From NCBI GenBank assembly GCA_041641295.1, contig JBEPYO010000001.1:384001-448000 (forward strand): DNA of 64,000 nt. The letters are read 5' to 3'. Below the pieces are notes generated by a model. That model was given only the letters and a program-made list of their open reading frames with translations. It was not told the DNA's origin and did no database searches. This DNA is from Nitrososphaerota archaeon. GTDB lineage: Archaea > Thermoproteota > Nitrososphaeria_A > Caldarchaeales > Calditenuaceae. Below are positions 19,902 through 29,480 of the stretch, piece after piece. The translations under genes were made by a program, and so were the position numbers. Each line of letters begins with the position of its first letter. Within the stretch, counting starts at the first letter, position 1.

Positions 19902-20167
19902 GTCTCATCCCTCCTAGTTGTTACCATTATCATCAGAAGGAATAGGGCCATCACGCCTCCGGCGTATACTATCATCTGGAGCGCTCCTATGTGGACCGCG
20001 CCCAAAGCCAGGAAGACCAAGCCCACAGTCACGGTGAAGAGGAGCAGCCCGAAGACTGAGCGGGTTAGGCTACGAGTCTCCACAGCAAATGCGGAAAACA
20101 CCACGGCGAGGACCAGTAGAAGCAGCTCGAGACCCTCAATCACCAAGGCCATGAGGAAAATCTTCAA
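19898..20167 (-). CDS. nuoJ: NuoJ N-terminal half
   Basis: LGA..IGALQMIVYAGGVMALFL signature. Confidence 0.82.
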   Translation of the reverse strand: MKIFLMALVIEGLELLLLVLAVVFSAFAVETRSLTRSVFGLLLFTVTVGLVFLALGAVHIGALQMIVYAGGVMALFLLMIMVTTRRDET

Positions 20168-20209
20168 GCCTCTACAAATATGTGTCCCGGCAGCTACCTC
20201 GGATGCAGG

Positions 20210-20563
20210 CTATTTGTTTCTCCGAAACATGCGGGGCAGGGAGGCTGAGAAAAGCAGCCATGCGAGAGCTATCGTGAAGCCGTGGCCCAGCCTAAACTCG
20301 ATACTCCTCGCCGCATCTGTCGCGGGGCCCCACATCCTGTAAGTGACGAAGGCTGCGACCACTGAGGTGTAGGCTGCGATAATTTCTGGGCGTTTATTGA
20401 TGAGGGAGAGTGCGAGGGCCACGGCGAACAGGGCTGTAAATAGGAGGTTGGAGAGGACTAGGGGTGTGAATCCAGCCTCAACTGCCAATCTAGCACCCTG
20501 TACGGCATAGAGGAGCATGTTTGCTACGCTTATAGCAACTAATGCCTTACTTGTCCGCTCCAT
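20210..20563 (-). CDS. Hypothetical four-TM membrane protein
   Basis: Hydrophobic ORF downstream of rpl18, same strand. Confidence 0.6.
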   Translation of the reverse strand: MERTSKALVAISVANMLLYAVQGARLAVEAGFTPLVLSNLLFTALFAVALALSLINKRPEIIAAYTSVVAAFVTYRMWGPATDAARSIEFRLGHGFTIALAWLLFSASLPRMFRRNK

Positions 20564-20581
20564 CAGCTCATCTCAGTCGGT

Positions 20582-21163
20582 TCAAGCGGGGCTTCCCTGC
20601 GCTATTTTCTGCTTCACGTCCTCGAAGTGTCGGGGAAGGTTCTCGATATACTCTTGGTCTAGGGCGTGGAATTGGGTTGTGTTTCCCGACTCCTTAACTA
20701 TTTGGAGGTAGTCTACTATGTGCTGGCCCCTCACCCTCTCCTCTGGGGGGAGAACACCCTCGCCCACAGGTATTGACAGCCCAGCGTCCAGCGCACCCTT
20801 GACAGCGGCATAGAGCCTCGAGCCGGGATGGGAGGGGTGTAGTCCCAGGTCTACTATCGCCTCGGAATATCCTTTCTGGAGGGCCAGCTTCCCAGCCATG
20901 AACCCCGCCAGATAGGCTGCCGGTATGGATTTTGTCCCGCCCTTCCAGCCATACCGTCTAAGGGCCCTTGTGGAGACGGTGAGTGCAGTGTAGTCTCCGC
21001 CCTTCCTAGACTCGACTATCTGCACAATCACATACTTGTTTGTCCTCCTCACGACGAGCCTCGGCTTGCCCGACTTCACCAGCTTCAGTCTTTTCCTATA
21101 GTTTGTCTTCCCGTTCAGAGCCCTTCGCGGCGGCCTTCTTTGCAGAATATTTCTAGGCGACAA
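20582..21163 (-). CDS. rpl18: 50S ribosomal protein L18
   Basis: GKTNYRKRL, RLVVRRTNK, PAAYLAG, KGALDAGL. Confidence 0.96.
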   Translation of the reverse strand: MSPRNILQRRPPRRALNGKTNYRKRLKLVKSGKPRLVVRRTNKYVIVQIVESRKGGDYTALTVSTRALRRYGWKGGTKSIPAAYLAGFMAGKLALQKGYSEAIVDLGLHPSHPGSRLYAAVKGALDAGLSIPVGEGVLPPEERVRGQHIVDYLQIVKESGNTTQFHALDQEYIENLPRHFEDVKQKIAQGSPA

Positions 21164-21165
21164 TC

Positions 21166-21594
21166 CTATGCACCTGCCAGTAGTAGGCCATTCTCCTTAA
21201 GGTAGTTTTTGAGTTCTGCGACCGATTTGAAGCGGCCGGCTTTAATCTGGAGGTAGACGTGCCGATAGGAGCCCTCCTTAAGCAATTTCGCGGCCTTTAA
21301 TCGTCTCAGGTACTTTCTCTGGGCCCTCACCTTCATCAGCCACCTCTCCTTTCTCGAGAGTATGGAGTATTTCCCTCCCTTCCTCCTGCCCGGCCCCCTC
21401 TTACCGTCCTCCCTCCTCCGCGTATTTCCCCGCTTAGGTGCAGCATAGATAGCGCCCTCTGAAATCAGCTGTCTGATATCGGCCCTCGTTATTGCGTCCT
21501 CTATGTCCTCAAGCCTCTCAGGATCAAACCTAACCCTACTCTCACCGCACTTCAGTATCTCAGCCGCCAGCCTCCGCTGTATTGTCAGGCTCAC
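21166..21594 (-). CDS. rpl19e: 50S ribosomal protein L19e
   Basis: QRRLAAEILKCGESRV, AITRADIR, RGPGRRKG. Confidence 0.96.
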   Translation of the reverse strand: MSLTIQRRLAAEILKCGESRVRFDPERLEDIEDAITRADIRQLISEGAIYAAPKRGNTRRREDGKRGPGRRKGGKYSILSRKERWLMKVRAQRKYLRRLKAAKLLKEGSYRHVYLQIKAGRFKSVAELKNYLKENGLLLAGA

Positions 21595-22010
21595 TCCGCC
21601 ACACCCCGCGGCGGGTTGAGAACCCTAAGGCCCATAGACGTTGCCTTTTCATAAATTCTGAGCTTGCTCCTCGCGCCCAGGGAGCCCGCAAGTCTAACGG
21701 CGTGAATCTTAGGGTCAAGACCCTCTAACTCTGAGACACTGTGCACCAATACTTCGCGGAAGCCTGATGGATGCAGGCCCCTGTATTTGCGGGGCGACCT
21801 GTAGCCGACTTTCACAAGCGGCGGCCACCCCCTCTTCTGAAGCCTCATCTTACTATCCTTCCCCCGCGGCCTCCTCCACTTCTCCCCAAGACGCTTATAC
21901 CTCCAAGCCTCCTGCCTCACAAACTCAGGCCTCTCTTTCCTCAGCCTGAGTACGGCTCGCGGTATCTTGACGGCCGCCTTCTCCTTAGCCTCCCCGCTTT
22001 CCTCAGACAT
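21591..22010 (-). CDS. rpl32e: 50S ribosomal protein L32e
   Basis: WRRPRGKDSKMR, GYRSP, GLHPSG. Confidence 0.96.
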   Translation of the reverse strand: MSEESGEAKEKAAVKIPRAVLRLRKERPEFVRQEAWRYKRLGEKWRRPRGKDSKMRLQKRGWPPLVKVGYRSPRKYRGLHPSGFREVLVHSVSELEGLDPKIHAVRLAGSLGARSKLRIYEKATSMGLRVLNPPRGVAE

Positions 22011-22034
22011 CTATTCTTCTCAATCGCCCCGTCT

Positions 22035-22064
22035 ATAAAAACCCGACACGAGGAGGAGCGTGTC
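22035..22064 (-). promoter_or_regulatory. Hairpin plus T-tract/TATA element upstream of rpl32e
   Basis: Minus strand GACACG-ctcctcct-CGTGTC-GGGTTTTTATA; T-tract ~25-30 nt upstream of the rpl32e ATG. Confidence 0.4.
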
Positions 22065-22468
22065 CAACAATTAGTGCTTATATGCCCGTTATTGAGCCTG
22101 TCCCCACGCCTTTCCGTGTATTTTGGTGGCTTGCAAAGCCTATGGCCGCCATGTCGTGGCGTTATTCGCTACTGATTTAATGAACCCGGTAAAGCAGTTC
22201 GCCCTCCGTCTCGAATACACCGCCACGTAGGAAGGATTGTCATCCCCTTCGTGCTAAACCCCATTCGGCTCCCTCGCAAGTCTCCTCCACCTCGCCGGAT
22301 TGGGAGATGATTCAGAAAGCCAATAGACAGCAGACAATGAAGAACAGAGAAGATATAGTTGCTGGAAAAGCACTAATACTCGAGAAAACGTCTTAGCTCT
22401 CGGAGAAAGACCTAGTAAAAGTTTTTTTACAGTATGACATACGGACGTTTTCATGCAAAAACTTTTAT

Positions 22469-23818
22469 ATGAAATACAGGAAAGTGATGCCTATGAATAC
22501 AAAATCTGATGCTAAGGATAGCAGATTTGCACTAATCACCACCACGTTAATGGTGGTGGCACTATTGCTAACCACCACAGCGCCGGTTTTAGCACAGGGT
22601 GTATGGGTTAGTAAAGCTTCAATCCCAACATCACGAGAAGGCTACGGCGCCGCAGAAGTTGGGGGTATTTTCTATTATGTTGCCGGATATCAATCTGGCG
22701 AAACGAGGGTTAACGAGGCTTATGATCCAACAACAGACATCTGGACCACCAAGGCACCAATACCAGGTCCGGGCAGGTCTGAAACGGTAGCAGTTTCCGA
22801 TGGACGTTATCTCTATCTTATAGGAGGAAGAATTTTTAGCGCAAATATCGTCTTAAATGAGCTTTTACGTTACGATCCAGCAACTGATACATGGATAAGC
22901 CTAGCCCCCATGCCTACACCTAGGGTAACCGAGCATATGGCTGTCTATTATAACGGAAAAATCTATGTTATCGGCGGGCGATCGAAGGTAGGTCTAGGTT
23001 TTGGGGCTCTTGCAGTCGTCGAAATCTACGATATTGCAACAAACAATTGGAGTGTGGGAAGATCTTTGCCAGAAGCACGCTCAGACGCCGTTGCGATTGA
23101 GCACGACGGCAAAATCTACGTGTTCGGCGGGTTCGATAAGAATAGACAAATAAGAAATACCACCTTCATTTACGACATTGCAACTGACAGCTGGACTGTA
23201 GGGGCTCCCCTCCCTGAGCCTCGGGCCAATCCTGTAGGTGGGAAGTGTGGAAACAGGATTCATGTGATTGGCGGCTTAAATCAAAGTGAGAAATTGACGA
23301 CAACGAACTATGTATATGACCCAGCAGCGAATAGCTGGACAATATCAACCCCTATTCCGAGCCCGACTGCTGAGGTTCAAGGCATATCGTATAGAGGAAA
23401 AATCCATGTCGTAGGTGGAGGAATACAAGGCAGTGGCTCAAATAACGATCGCCATTACGTCTTTTCATGTAATACTATCATACAAGTTGAAATCGACATC
23501 AAGCCCGGTAGCTATCCCAACGCGATTAATCCAAATTCAAGAAGCGTAATCCCAGTGGCCATCCTCACAACGAACACCTTTGACGCATCAGACGTAAATC
23601 CCGGCACAGTTAAGTTCGGACAGATGGGGACTGAGGCATCCCCGATCCGCTGGGCGATGGAGGATGTTGATGGGGATTCGGACTTGGACATGATCCTTCA
23701 CTTCAGGACGCAAGATACGGAGATTACAATGGGGGATACAGAAGCTAAACTAACGGGTAAAACATGGGAGGATATTCCTATCGAAGGGGCTGACAGCATT
23801 ATCACCGTGCCAAGGTAG
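22469..23818 (+). CDS. Secreted kelch-repeat beta-propeller protein with C-terminal IDIKPG/DxDGD domain
   Basis: Signal peptide (..APVLA|Q), about six kelch repeats (GG...YD....W), C-terminal IDIKPGS...EDVDGDSDLD; alternative ATGs at 22487/22493. Confidence 0.88.
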   Translation: MKYRKVMPMNTKSDAKDSRFALITTTLMVVALLLTTTAPVLAQGVWVSKASIPTSREGYGAAEVGGIFYYVAGYQSGETRVNEAYDPTTDIWTTKAPIPGPGRSETVAVSDGRYLYLIGGRIFSANIVLNELLRYDPATDTWISLAPMPTPRVTEHMAVYYNGKIYVIGGRSKVGLGFGALAVVEIYDIATNNWSVGRSLPEARSDAVAIEHDGKIYVFGGFDKNRQIRNTTFIYDIATDSWTVGAPLPEPRANPVGGKCGNRIHVIGGLNQSEKLTTTNYVYDPAANSWTISTPIPSPTAEVQGISYRGKIHVVGGGIQGSGSNNDRHYVFSCNTIIQVEIDIKPGSYPNAINPNSRSVIPVAILTTNTFDASDVNPGTVKFGQMGTEASPIRWAMEDVDGDSDLDMILHFRTQDTEITMGDTEAKLTGKTWEDIPIEGADSIITVPR

Positions 23819-23931
23819 TCAAGACATACTTTCATTAAATTCAGTCTACGGTAGTTGATCTTGTGCTGCCGTTGATGCCCACCCCACCCGACACGGATAT
23901 AGCCTCCCCAGCCCACCATTCTATCTGGCGG

Positions 23932-25476
23932 TTGCCGAGCATCTGCCTAGCATTCGAGGTACACCAGCCCTACAGGCTAAACACTAGGCTGAGCGGTGAG
24001 GACTTCTCCAAGATCAGGGTTGGAGACCTTCCCGAAGCATTCTTCGACAACACACTCAACAGGGAGGTTTTCCTCCGGGTTGCCAAGAAGTGCTACTTAC
24101 CTGCTAACGAGATTATCCTGAGGTCGATAGAAGAGGCTAAGTCCTGGGGGAGGGAGTTTAAGGTCAACTTTAGCATGTCGGGGGTCTTCTTGGAGCAGGC
24201 TGAGAGGTGGGCGCCTGAGGTCATAGACCAGTTCCGGATGATGGTGGATAGTGGGAGTGTTGAGATACTTGAGCAGACGTATTATCACTCCCTCGCCAGC
24301 CTGTTCGGGGGTGATAGCGACGAGTTCAGGGAGCAGGTGAGGATGCATCGTGAGGCGGCCAAATCCCTTTTCGGATACGAGCCGAGGGTCTTTGAGAATA
24401 CGGAGCTACTCTATAATAACTCTGTGGCTAGGGCTGTCTGGGAGATGGGCTATAAGGGGATCATGATTGAGGGTGTGGAAAGGGTTTTACAGGGACGCTC
24501 GCCTAATCGCCTCTACCTCGCCGCCGGAACAGGGCTCAAGGTCATGACAAGGAACTACAGGCTCTCAGACGACATAGCCTTCAGATTCTCGGAGAGGTCT
24601 TGGCCCGGCTACCCCCTCACCGCAGATAAATACGCTTCTTGGCTAGCCGCCACCCCCGGAGACTACATACTCATCTTCATAGACTATGAGACCTTCGGCG
24701 AGCACCACTGGCCCGAGTCTGGGATACAGGAATTCCTAAGACACCTACCCCGCGAGGTTTTGAAACATGAGAACCTATCCTTCAGCACAGCGTCGGAGGT
24801 CTTGGAGAGGTTTGAGGCCTCAGACGTAATATCGGTGGGGGAGCTCGAGACAATATCTTGGGCCGACGTTGAGAAGAGTACAGATGCTTGGCTCGGCAAC
24901 GACATGCAGATGACATGTTTCAATGCTTTGAAGAGAATGGAGAGGCCTGTTAAGAGTGCTGGGTCTCAGCAATTACTCCGGGCGTGGAGGGCATTGCAGA
25001 TAAGCGACCACCTATACTACATGTACACCAAGCGTGGTCCCTCCGGCGTGGTCCATGCATACTTCGGCTACACAGACCAGATGAACATGTACTATACCAT
25101 GTTGAGGGCTCTCTCACACCTTCAACTCCTAGTCTCTGAGGAGATTGGAGGTTTGGAGGGCGAGGCTGTCAGGCTCCTCAGACCTGTCCCGCCTGACAGG
25201 GCATTCCACTATCACGAAGACGGCAGATACATCGGGCTCTCCGCCCACTCTCTCTACGAGCTCCTACAGACAATCCCTCTGGCGACAAGAGGCTCTATAC
25301 TCTTTCACATGGCCTGCAGACATCTAGAGAGGTGGGTGAGGTGGACAATCGGAGACCAAGTCCTAGCCGATAGGATTAGAGAGGTTGAGGCCGATACGAG
25401 CGAGGAGCTGGTCGAGAAGCTGGTAAGTGTTGTGCAGGAAAGGATTAGGGAGTTGGAGTCCCGCATAAAAAACTAG
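23932..25476 (+). CDS. GH57 alpha-amylase with C-terminal extra domain
   Basis: FEVHQPYR, QTYYHSL, FENTEL, DYETFGEH, SDHLYYM; probable TTG start at 23932. Confidence 0.92.
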   Translation: MPSICLAFEVHQPYRLNTRLSGEDFSKIRVGDLPEAFFDNTLNREVFLRVAKKCYLPANEIILRSIEEAKSWGREFKVNFSMSGVFLEQAERWAPEVIDQFRMMVDSGSVEILEQTYYHSLASLFGGDSDEFREQVRMHREAAKSLFGYEPRVFENTELLYNNSVARAVWEMGYKGIMIEGVERVLQGRSPNRLYLAAGTGLKVMTRNYRLSDDIAFRFSERSWPGYPLTADKYASWLAATPGDYILIFIDYETFGEHHWPESGIQEFLRHLPREVLKHENLSFSTASEVLERFEASDVISVGELETISWADVEKSTDAWLGNDMQMTCFNALKRMERPVKSAGSQQLLRAWRALQISDHLYYMYTKRGPSGVVHAYFGYTDQMNMYYTMLRALSHLQLLVSEEIGGLEGEAVRLLRPVPPDRAFHYHEDGRYIGLSAHSLYELLQTIPLATRGSILFHMACRHLERWVRWTIGDQVLADRIREVEADTSEELVEKLVSVVQERIRELESRIKN

Positions 25477-27026
25477 GATTCGATGTCTCTGAGCCAGTTC
25501 CTCGAGCGGGCCACCGCCGCCCTCCAAGCCCTCAGCCCACTCAGCCTCCGCTCATCCGACCAGCGTGGACGGAATATGGCTGATGCACGCCACATCCCCC
25601 TCAGCTCGTCTAAATCACGCCAAACACCGGCGGCGAGCCCCGCTGCATAGGCAGCCCCAAGCGAGGTTGTCTCTGTAAACTCCGGCCTAACTACCTCGCA
25701 CCCCAAGACGTCCGCCTGTAATTGCATCAACATGTCGTTCATTGACGCACCTCCATCGACGCGAAGCGTAGACAACTCCACCCCAGTATCCCTGCTGATC
25801 GCCTCTACGACGTCATAGGTCTGCCAGCAGATGCTCTCGAGGGCGGCATAGACTATGTGCTCCTTCCGCGTATATGCCGAGAGACCGATTAAGAGGCCGC
25901 GGGCTGATGGGTCCCAGTAGGGTGCGAAGAGGCCGCTGAATGCCGGAACGAAATACACGCCTGCGGAGCCCTCTTCACCAGCCCTAGCGGCGATCTCACC
26001 ACTCTCCCGCGGCGAGCCTATGAGCCCAATATTCTCCGCCAGCCACTTGAGGAGAGAGCCGGCGATAGCTATCGACCCCTCCATGGCGTAGACCGCCCTG
26101 CCGCGCTCCATGCTATAGGCCACGGTTGTGAGGAGCCCATGCCTTGAAAGAACTGGCCTCTCACCTATGTTCTGTAGGAGGAAGCAGCCTGTCCCATACG
26201 TGTTTTTAGCGTCACCCGGGGAGTAGCATGTCTGGCCGAATAGTGCTGCCTGCTGGTCGCCGAGGTCTCCACACACTGGGACACTATCATCAACCAGCCC
26301 CCACAGATCCGTATAGCCGTAATAGTCTCTGTATATGCTTGGTAGGGGTTGGGGCATTATCTCGGCCGGTATCCCGAAGAGCTCCAGTAGCTCTTCAGAC
26401 CATTCCAGCTTTTCGATGTCAAATAGCATGGTTCGAGAGGCGTTGGAGTAGTCGGTGACATGGGCCCCGCCGCTATTTTCTCTGACATCCTTAGTGAGAT
26501 TCCAGATTAGCCAAGTATCTATCGTACCGAAGGCTAGCTCGCCTCTCCTAGCTAGCTCCTCGGCCCCTGGAACGTTCTTGAGTATCCACTCTATCTTCGT
26601 GGCTGAGAAGTAGGTTGATGCATAGAGGCCCGTGAGCCTGTGGATAGGGTCATTCTCCAGCCCCTCTGCCCTGAGTTGGTCGCACTGCTCCCTCGTCCTA
26701 GTGTCCTGCCACACGATGGCGTTATAGACCGGAATCCCCGTCCTTCTATTCCAAATCACCGTCGTCTCACGCTGGTTCGTCACGCCTACGGCAGCGACAC
26801 GCCCCTCCCGAGAGGGCAGACCTCTAAGCGCCTCCCCCACCACGTATTTCGCCGCATCAAGTATCTCTAAGGGGTCATGCTCAACCCAGCCCGGCCTTGG
26901 ATAGATGTTCTTGTGCTCCTTGTATGCCCAAGAGAGTGGCCGCCCCATCTCATCGACGACTAGACACCTTGTACCGGTCGTCCCCTGATCTATGGAGACA
27001 ATGTATCTCAAATCCAAACCCCCCAT
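25473..27026 (-). CDS. glpK: Glycerol kinase
   Basis: IDQGTTGTR, TNQRETT, WQDTRT, GDQQAALFGQ, KNTYGTGCF, DGGA. Confidence 0.96.
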   Translation of the reverse strand: MGGLDLRYIVSIDQGTTGTRCLVVDEMGRPLSWAYKEHKNIYPRPGWVEHDPLEILDAAKYVVGEALRGLPSREGRVAAVGVTNQRETTVIWNRRTGIPVYNAIVWQDTRTREQCDQLRAEGLENDPIHRLTGLYASTYFSATKIEWILKNVPGAEELARRGELAFGTIDTWLIWNLTKDVRENSGGAHVTDYSNASRTMLFDIEKLEWSEELLELFGIPAEIMPQPLPSIYRDYYGYTDLWGLVDDSVPVCGDLGDQQAALFGQTCYSPGDAKNTYGTGCFLLQNIGERPVLSRHGLLTTVAYSMERGRAVYAMEGSIAIAGSLLKWLAENIGLIGSPRESGEIAARAGEEGSAGVYFVPAFSGLFAPYWDPSARGLLIGLSAYTRKEHIVYAALESICWQTYDVVEAISRDTGVELSTLRVDGGASMNDMLMQLQADVLGCEVVRPEFTETTSLGAAYAAGLAAGVWRDLDELRGMWRASAIFRPRWSDERRLSGLRAWRAAVARSRNWLRDIES

Positions 27027-27166
27027 GTGAGGAGTGCAGTAATATGCTTTACCCATAACACGCCTTCGCTCCCCCAAGAGTAAATATCCGTAGAAGGTCT
27101 GCCAAAATGCCTTAATCACGGCTGGGATGTGAGTGAACGATTTTTATCCACGTCTCAAATTAATGG

Positions 27167-27745
27167 GTGGGCTTGAAGTTTAGATGCAAGTACTGCGGTA
27201 GAGAGTTCGCCACAGAGGTAGCTCTTAAGAGGCATACCAAGGACCTCCACAAATCGCGCTATTATGCGCCGAGGATAGTCTTAACACTGGCTATCGCCCT
27301 ATTGCTGGTGGCCGCTGGAGCCTTTCTCCTCACGAGGCAGGGGCTTGGCTCCCCCATCTCAGGGGTTGAGTGCCAGAGCAGTGAACAGGTGTCCTACCAC
27401 GTCCACACACTGCTGGAGATATATGTGAGGGGGGAGAAGGTTAAGATCCCCGCCAGTATCGGGATTATTCCGGGCCACTGCATGTACTGGCTCCACACCC
27501 ACGATGAGACAGGGCTAATACATATCGAGGCTCCCCGTCAGATGCGGTTCACGCTCGGTCAATTCTTCGACGTATGGGGGCAGCGGCTGTCAAGCAATAA
27601 TGTACTTGGAATAGACCTATCGTCCTCCAATCTCGAGTCAAGAGTATATGTTGATGGTGTGAGATATTCGGGAGACCCGCGGGAGATCGAGTTGGTAGAC
27701 AATAGGACTGTAGTACTGGACATCGGCCCACCATTCGCGAAGTAG
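27167..27745 (+). CDS. Membrane protein: C2H2 zinc finger, TM helix and His-rich extracytoplasmic domain
   Basis: FRCKYCGREF..EVALKRHTKDLH; TM helix; YHVH...WLHTHD..GLIHIE...FTLGQFF. Confidence 0.8.
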   Translation: MGLKFRCKYCGREFATEVALKRHTKDLHKSRYYAPRIVLTLAIALLLVAAGAFLLTRQGLGSPISGVECQSSEQVSYHVHTLLEIYVRGEKVKIPASIGIIPGHCMYWLHTHDETGLIHIEAPRQMRFTLGQFFDVWGQRLSSNNVLGIDLSSSNLESRVYVDGVRYSGDPREIELVDNRTVVLDIGPPFAK

Positions 27746-27808
27746 ATCTGAGTGGATGCTCCTATGCATCCGTGGCCACAGGGAGGGTGGCATCGTTAAA
27801 GAGGTAGT

Positions 27809-28345
27809 TTGTGGAGCATGTTGACGATGCTGAACCTGCTGGTGGCTGTAATCTATGTGCTCCCCGCATATATCGCTAATGGGACACCGGTGGTGGTCCT
27901 TCGATTCGCTAGGCGCGGCCACCCCCTCGATATGGGGATGGTAATGCGGGATGGTAGGAGGCTATTGGGCGACGGCAAGACGGTAGAGGGGCTGATCTCG
28001 GGCGTGTCTGCAGGCCTAGCGGCGGCTGTTCTTCTCCACACCCTTTTGCCCGGAGTTTACAGGAGCTTCCTCGAAGGTGGGCTCATGCCAATTGGCGCTA
28101 TGGCAGGCGACATACTTGGGTCCTTCCTAAAGAGGAGGCTTGGGGTGGAGCGGGGAGGGAGCGCACCTGTCCTAGACCAGCTCGGCTTTCTGCTGCTGGC
28201 ATTACTACTCGCGTGGCTACCCTACGGGCCACCCGTCTGGGCAGACCCACTAACAATCATCCTACTACTCATAGTCACCGCCATACTCCACATCTCGACC
28301 AACGCCCTAGCCTATCTTGTTGGACTTAAAGAGAAATGGTACTGA
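27809..28345 (+). CDS. carS: CDP-archaeol synthase
   Basis: PAYIANG, GDGKT.EG, GDILGSFLKRRLG, LDQL, C-terminal K..WY. Confidence 0.92.
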   Translation: MWSMLTMLNLLVAVIYVLPAYIANGTPVVVLRFARRGHPLDMGMVMRDGRRLLGDGKTVEGLISGVSAGLAAAVLLHTLLPGVYRSFLEGGLMPIGAMAGDILGSFLKRRLGVERGGSAPVLDQLGFLLLALLLAWLPYGPPVWADPLTIILLLIVTAILHISTNALAYLVGLKEKWY

Positions 28346-28391
28346 GAGTCATAACCAGTATATAGAACCAGGCGCCCAGATACTAGATTAG

Positions 28392-28757
28392 ATGAGAAGA
28401 TATAGAGTCAAGGTGAGGGCGATATGTGGACCTACTGAGTCAGAGTCGAAAGTGAAGAAGGCGATACTAAACATACTCTCGCTGGAGCGTGAGCCACAAT
28501 TCCAAGTACACCGGCTAACAGGGATATTCGGTGAGCCGCTCACCATCCTAGAGACAGGCGTCTCAGAGGATGAGGCTGAACGCGCCGCACGCCACCTCAT
28601 AGAAAGCCTCTCAAGGGACTATATCTCGGAGAGGGTTGAGAGCAGCGGATCTGTGGAGACAATCCACCTCAGGTTGAACAAGCAGCTAGCATATCTCGGA
28701 ATAATCCAGCCCTCCGAGGCTGACGCCATCAAGGTAGAGATAATCTCGCAGGGTTGA
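28392..28757 (+). CDS. DUF54-like RNA-binding protein
   Basis: TESESKVKKAI, G.FG.P, HLRLNKQ.AY.G; upstream of Rpp30. Confidence 0.75.
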   Translation: MRRYRVKVRAICGPTESESKVKKAILNILSLEREPQFQVHRLTGIFGEPLTILETGVSEDEAERAARHLIESLSRDYISERVESSGSVETIHLRLNKQLAYLGIIQPSEADAIKVEIISQG

Positions 28758-28778
28758 GAGAATCGGCGGTGCTGGCTC

Positions 28779-29480
28779 TTGGCTAGGAAGTTCGTGGACG
28801 CTTGGCTTAGGCCGGAAAGCCGCGGGAGTCTAGAAGACATGTTGAAGTCTTGCCACGAGCTCGGTTACTGGGGCGTAGCCCTTGAAGTGGATGACAATTC
28901 TTGGAGCGAGGCCCGGAGGCTGGCAAACGCTTATGGTCTTGAGATTTATCGCCGAATCACGATTGAGGCTGGTTCAAGGGAGGAGCTGTATAGGAGGCTA
29001 AGGGCCGTCCGCTGGAGATACGACCTAGTTGCTGTTAAGACCAGCGACAGGGATGTTTTGATGGCTGCGGTTAGGGATATGAGGGTTGACACGGTCGTCG
29101 TTGGCAATACCAGCTCGCCGCCTATTGACAGGCATATTGTCGAGGTAGCTGGCAACTCTCTGGAGCTGGCTCTCCTCGACCTTCTTGAGGGTGGTTACGA
29201 GGCATTTCGCGCTGCAGCCAGGGTTGTGAGGGTCGCATATAAGAAGGGTCTTAAACTCGTGATCTCGTCAGGAGCTAGAGACGTGTATGGGCTCAGGTCT
29301 CCGAGGCAGCTTGCCTCGATAGCTTGGTCTCTGGGAGCCGCACCCGACTATGCTCTCAACACAGTCTCAACTCGCCCCTCAGAAATTTTGCTGGAGAACC
29401 GTGGACGGCTTGAGGGGCGTATTAGTGTGGAAGGTGTGTGGAGGGTTGCTGAGGGCGAAGAAGAGGTATCTAATGGTTAG
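28779..29480 (+). CDS. rnp3: RNase P protein p30
   Basis: A.RD.RVD, VISSGA....LRSPR; adjacent to Pop5. Confidence 0.85.
   Translation: MARKFVDAWLRPESRGSLEDMLKSCHELGYWGVALEVDDNSWSEARRLANAYGLEIYRRITIEAGSREELYRRLRAVRWRYDLVAVKTSDRDVLMAAVRDMRVDTVVVGNTSSPPIDRHIVEVAGNSLELALLDLLEGGYEAFRAAARVVRVAYKKGLKLVISSGARDVYGLRSPRQLASIAWSLGAAPDYALNTVSTRPSEILLENRGRLEGRISVEGVWRVAEGEEEVSNG

Noticed and set aside
22080-22460. Possible ncRNA or IS remnant upstream of the kelch gene
   Set aside because: No terminal inverted repeats, transposase fragment or known RNA motif recognised.
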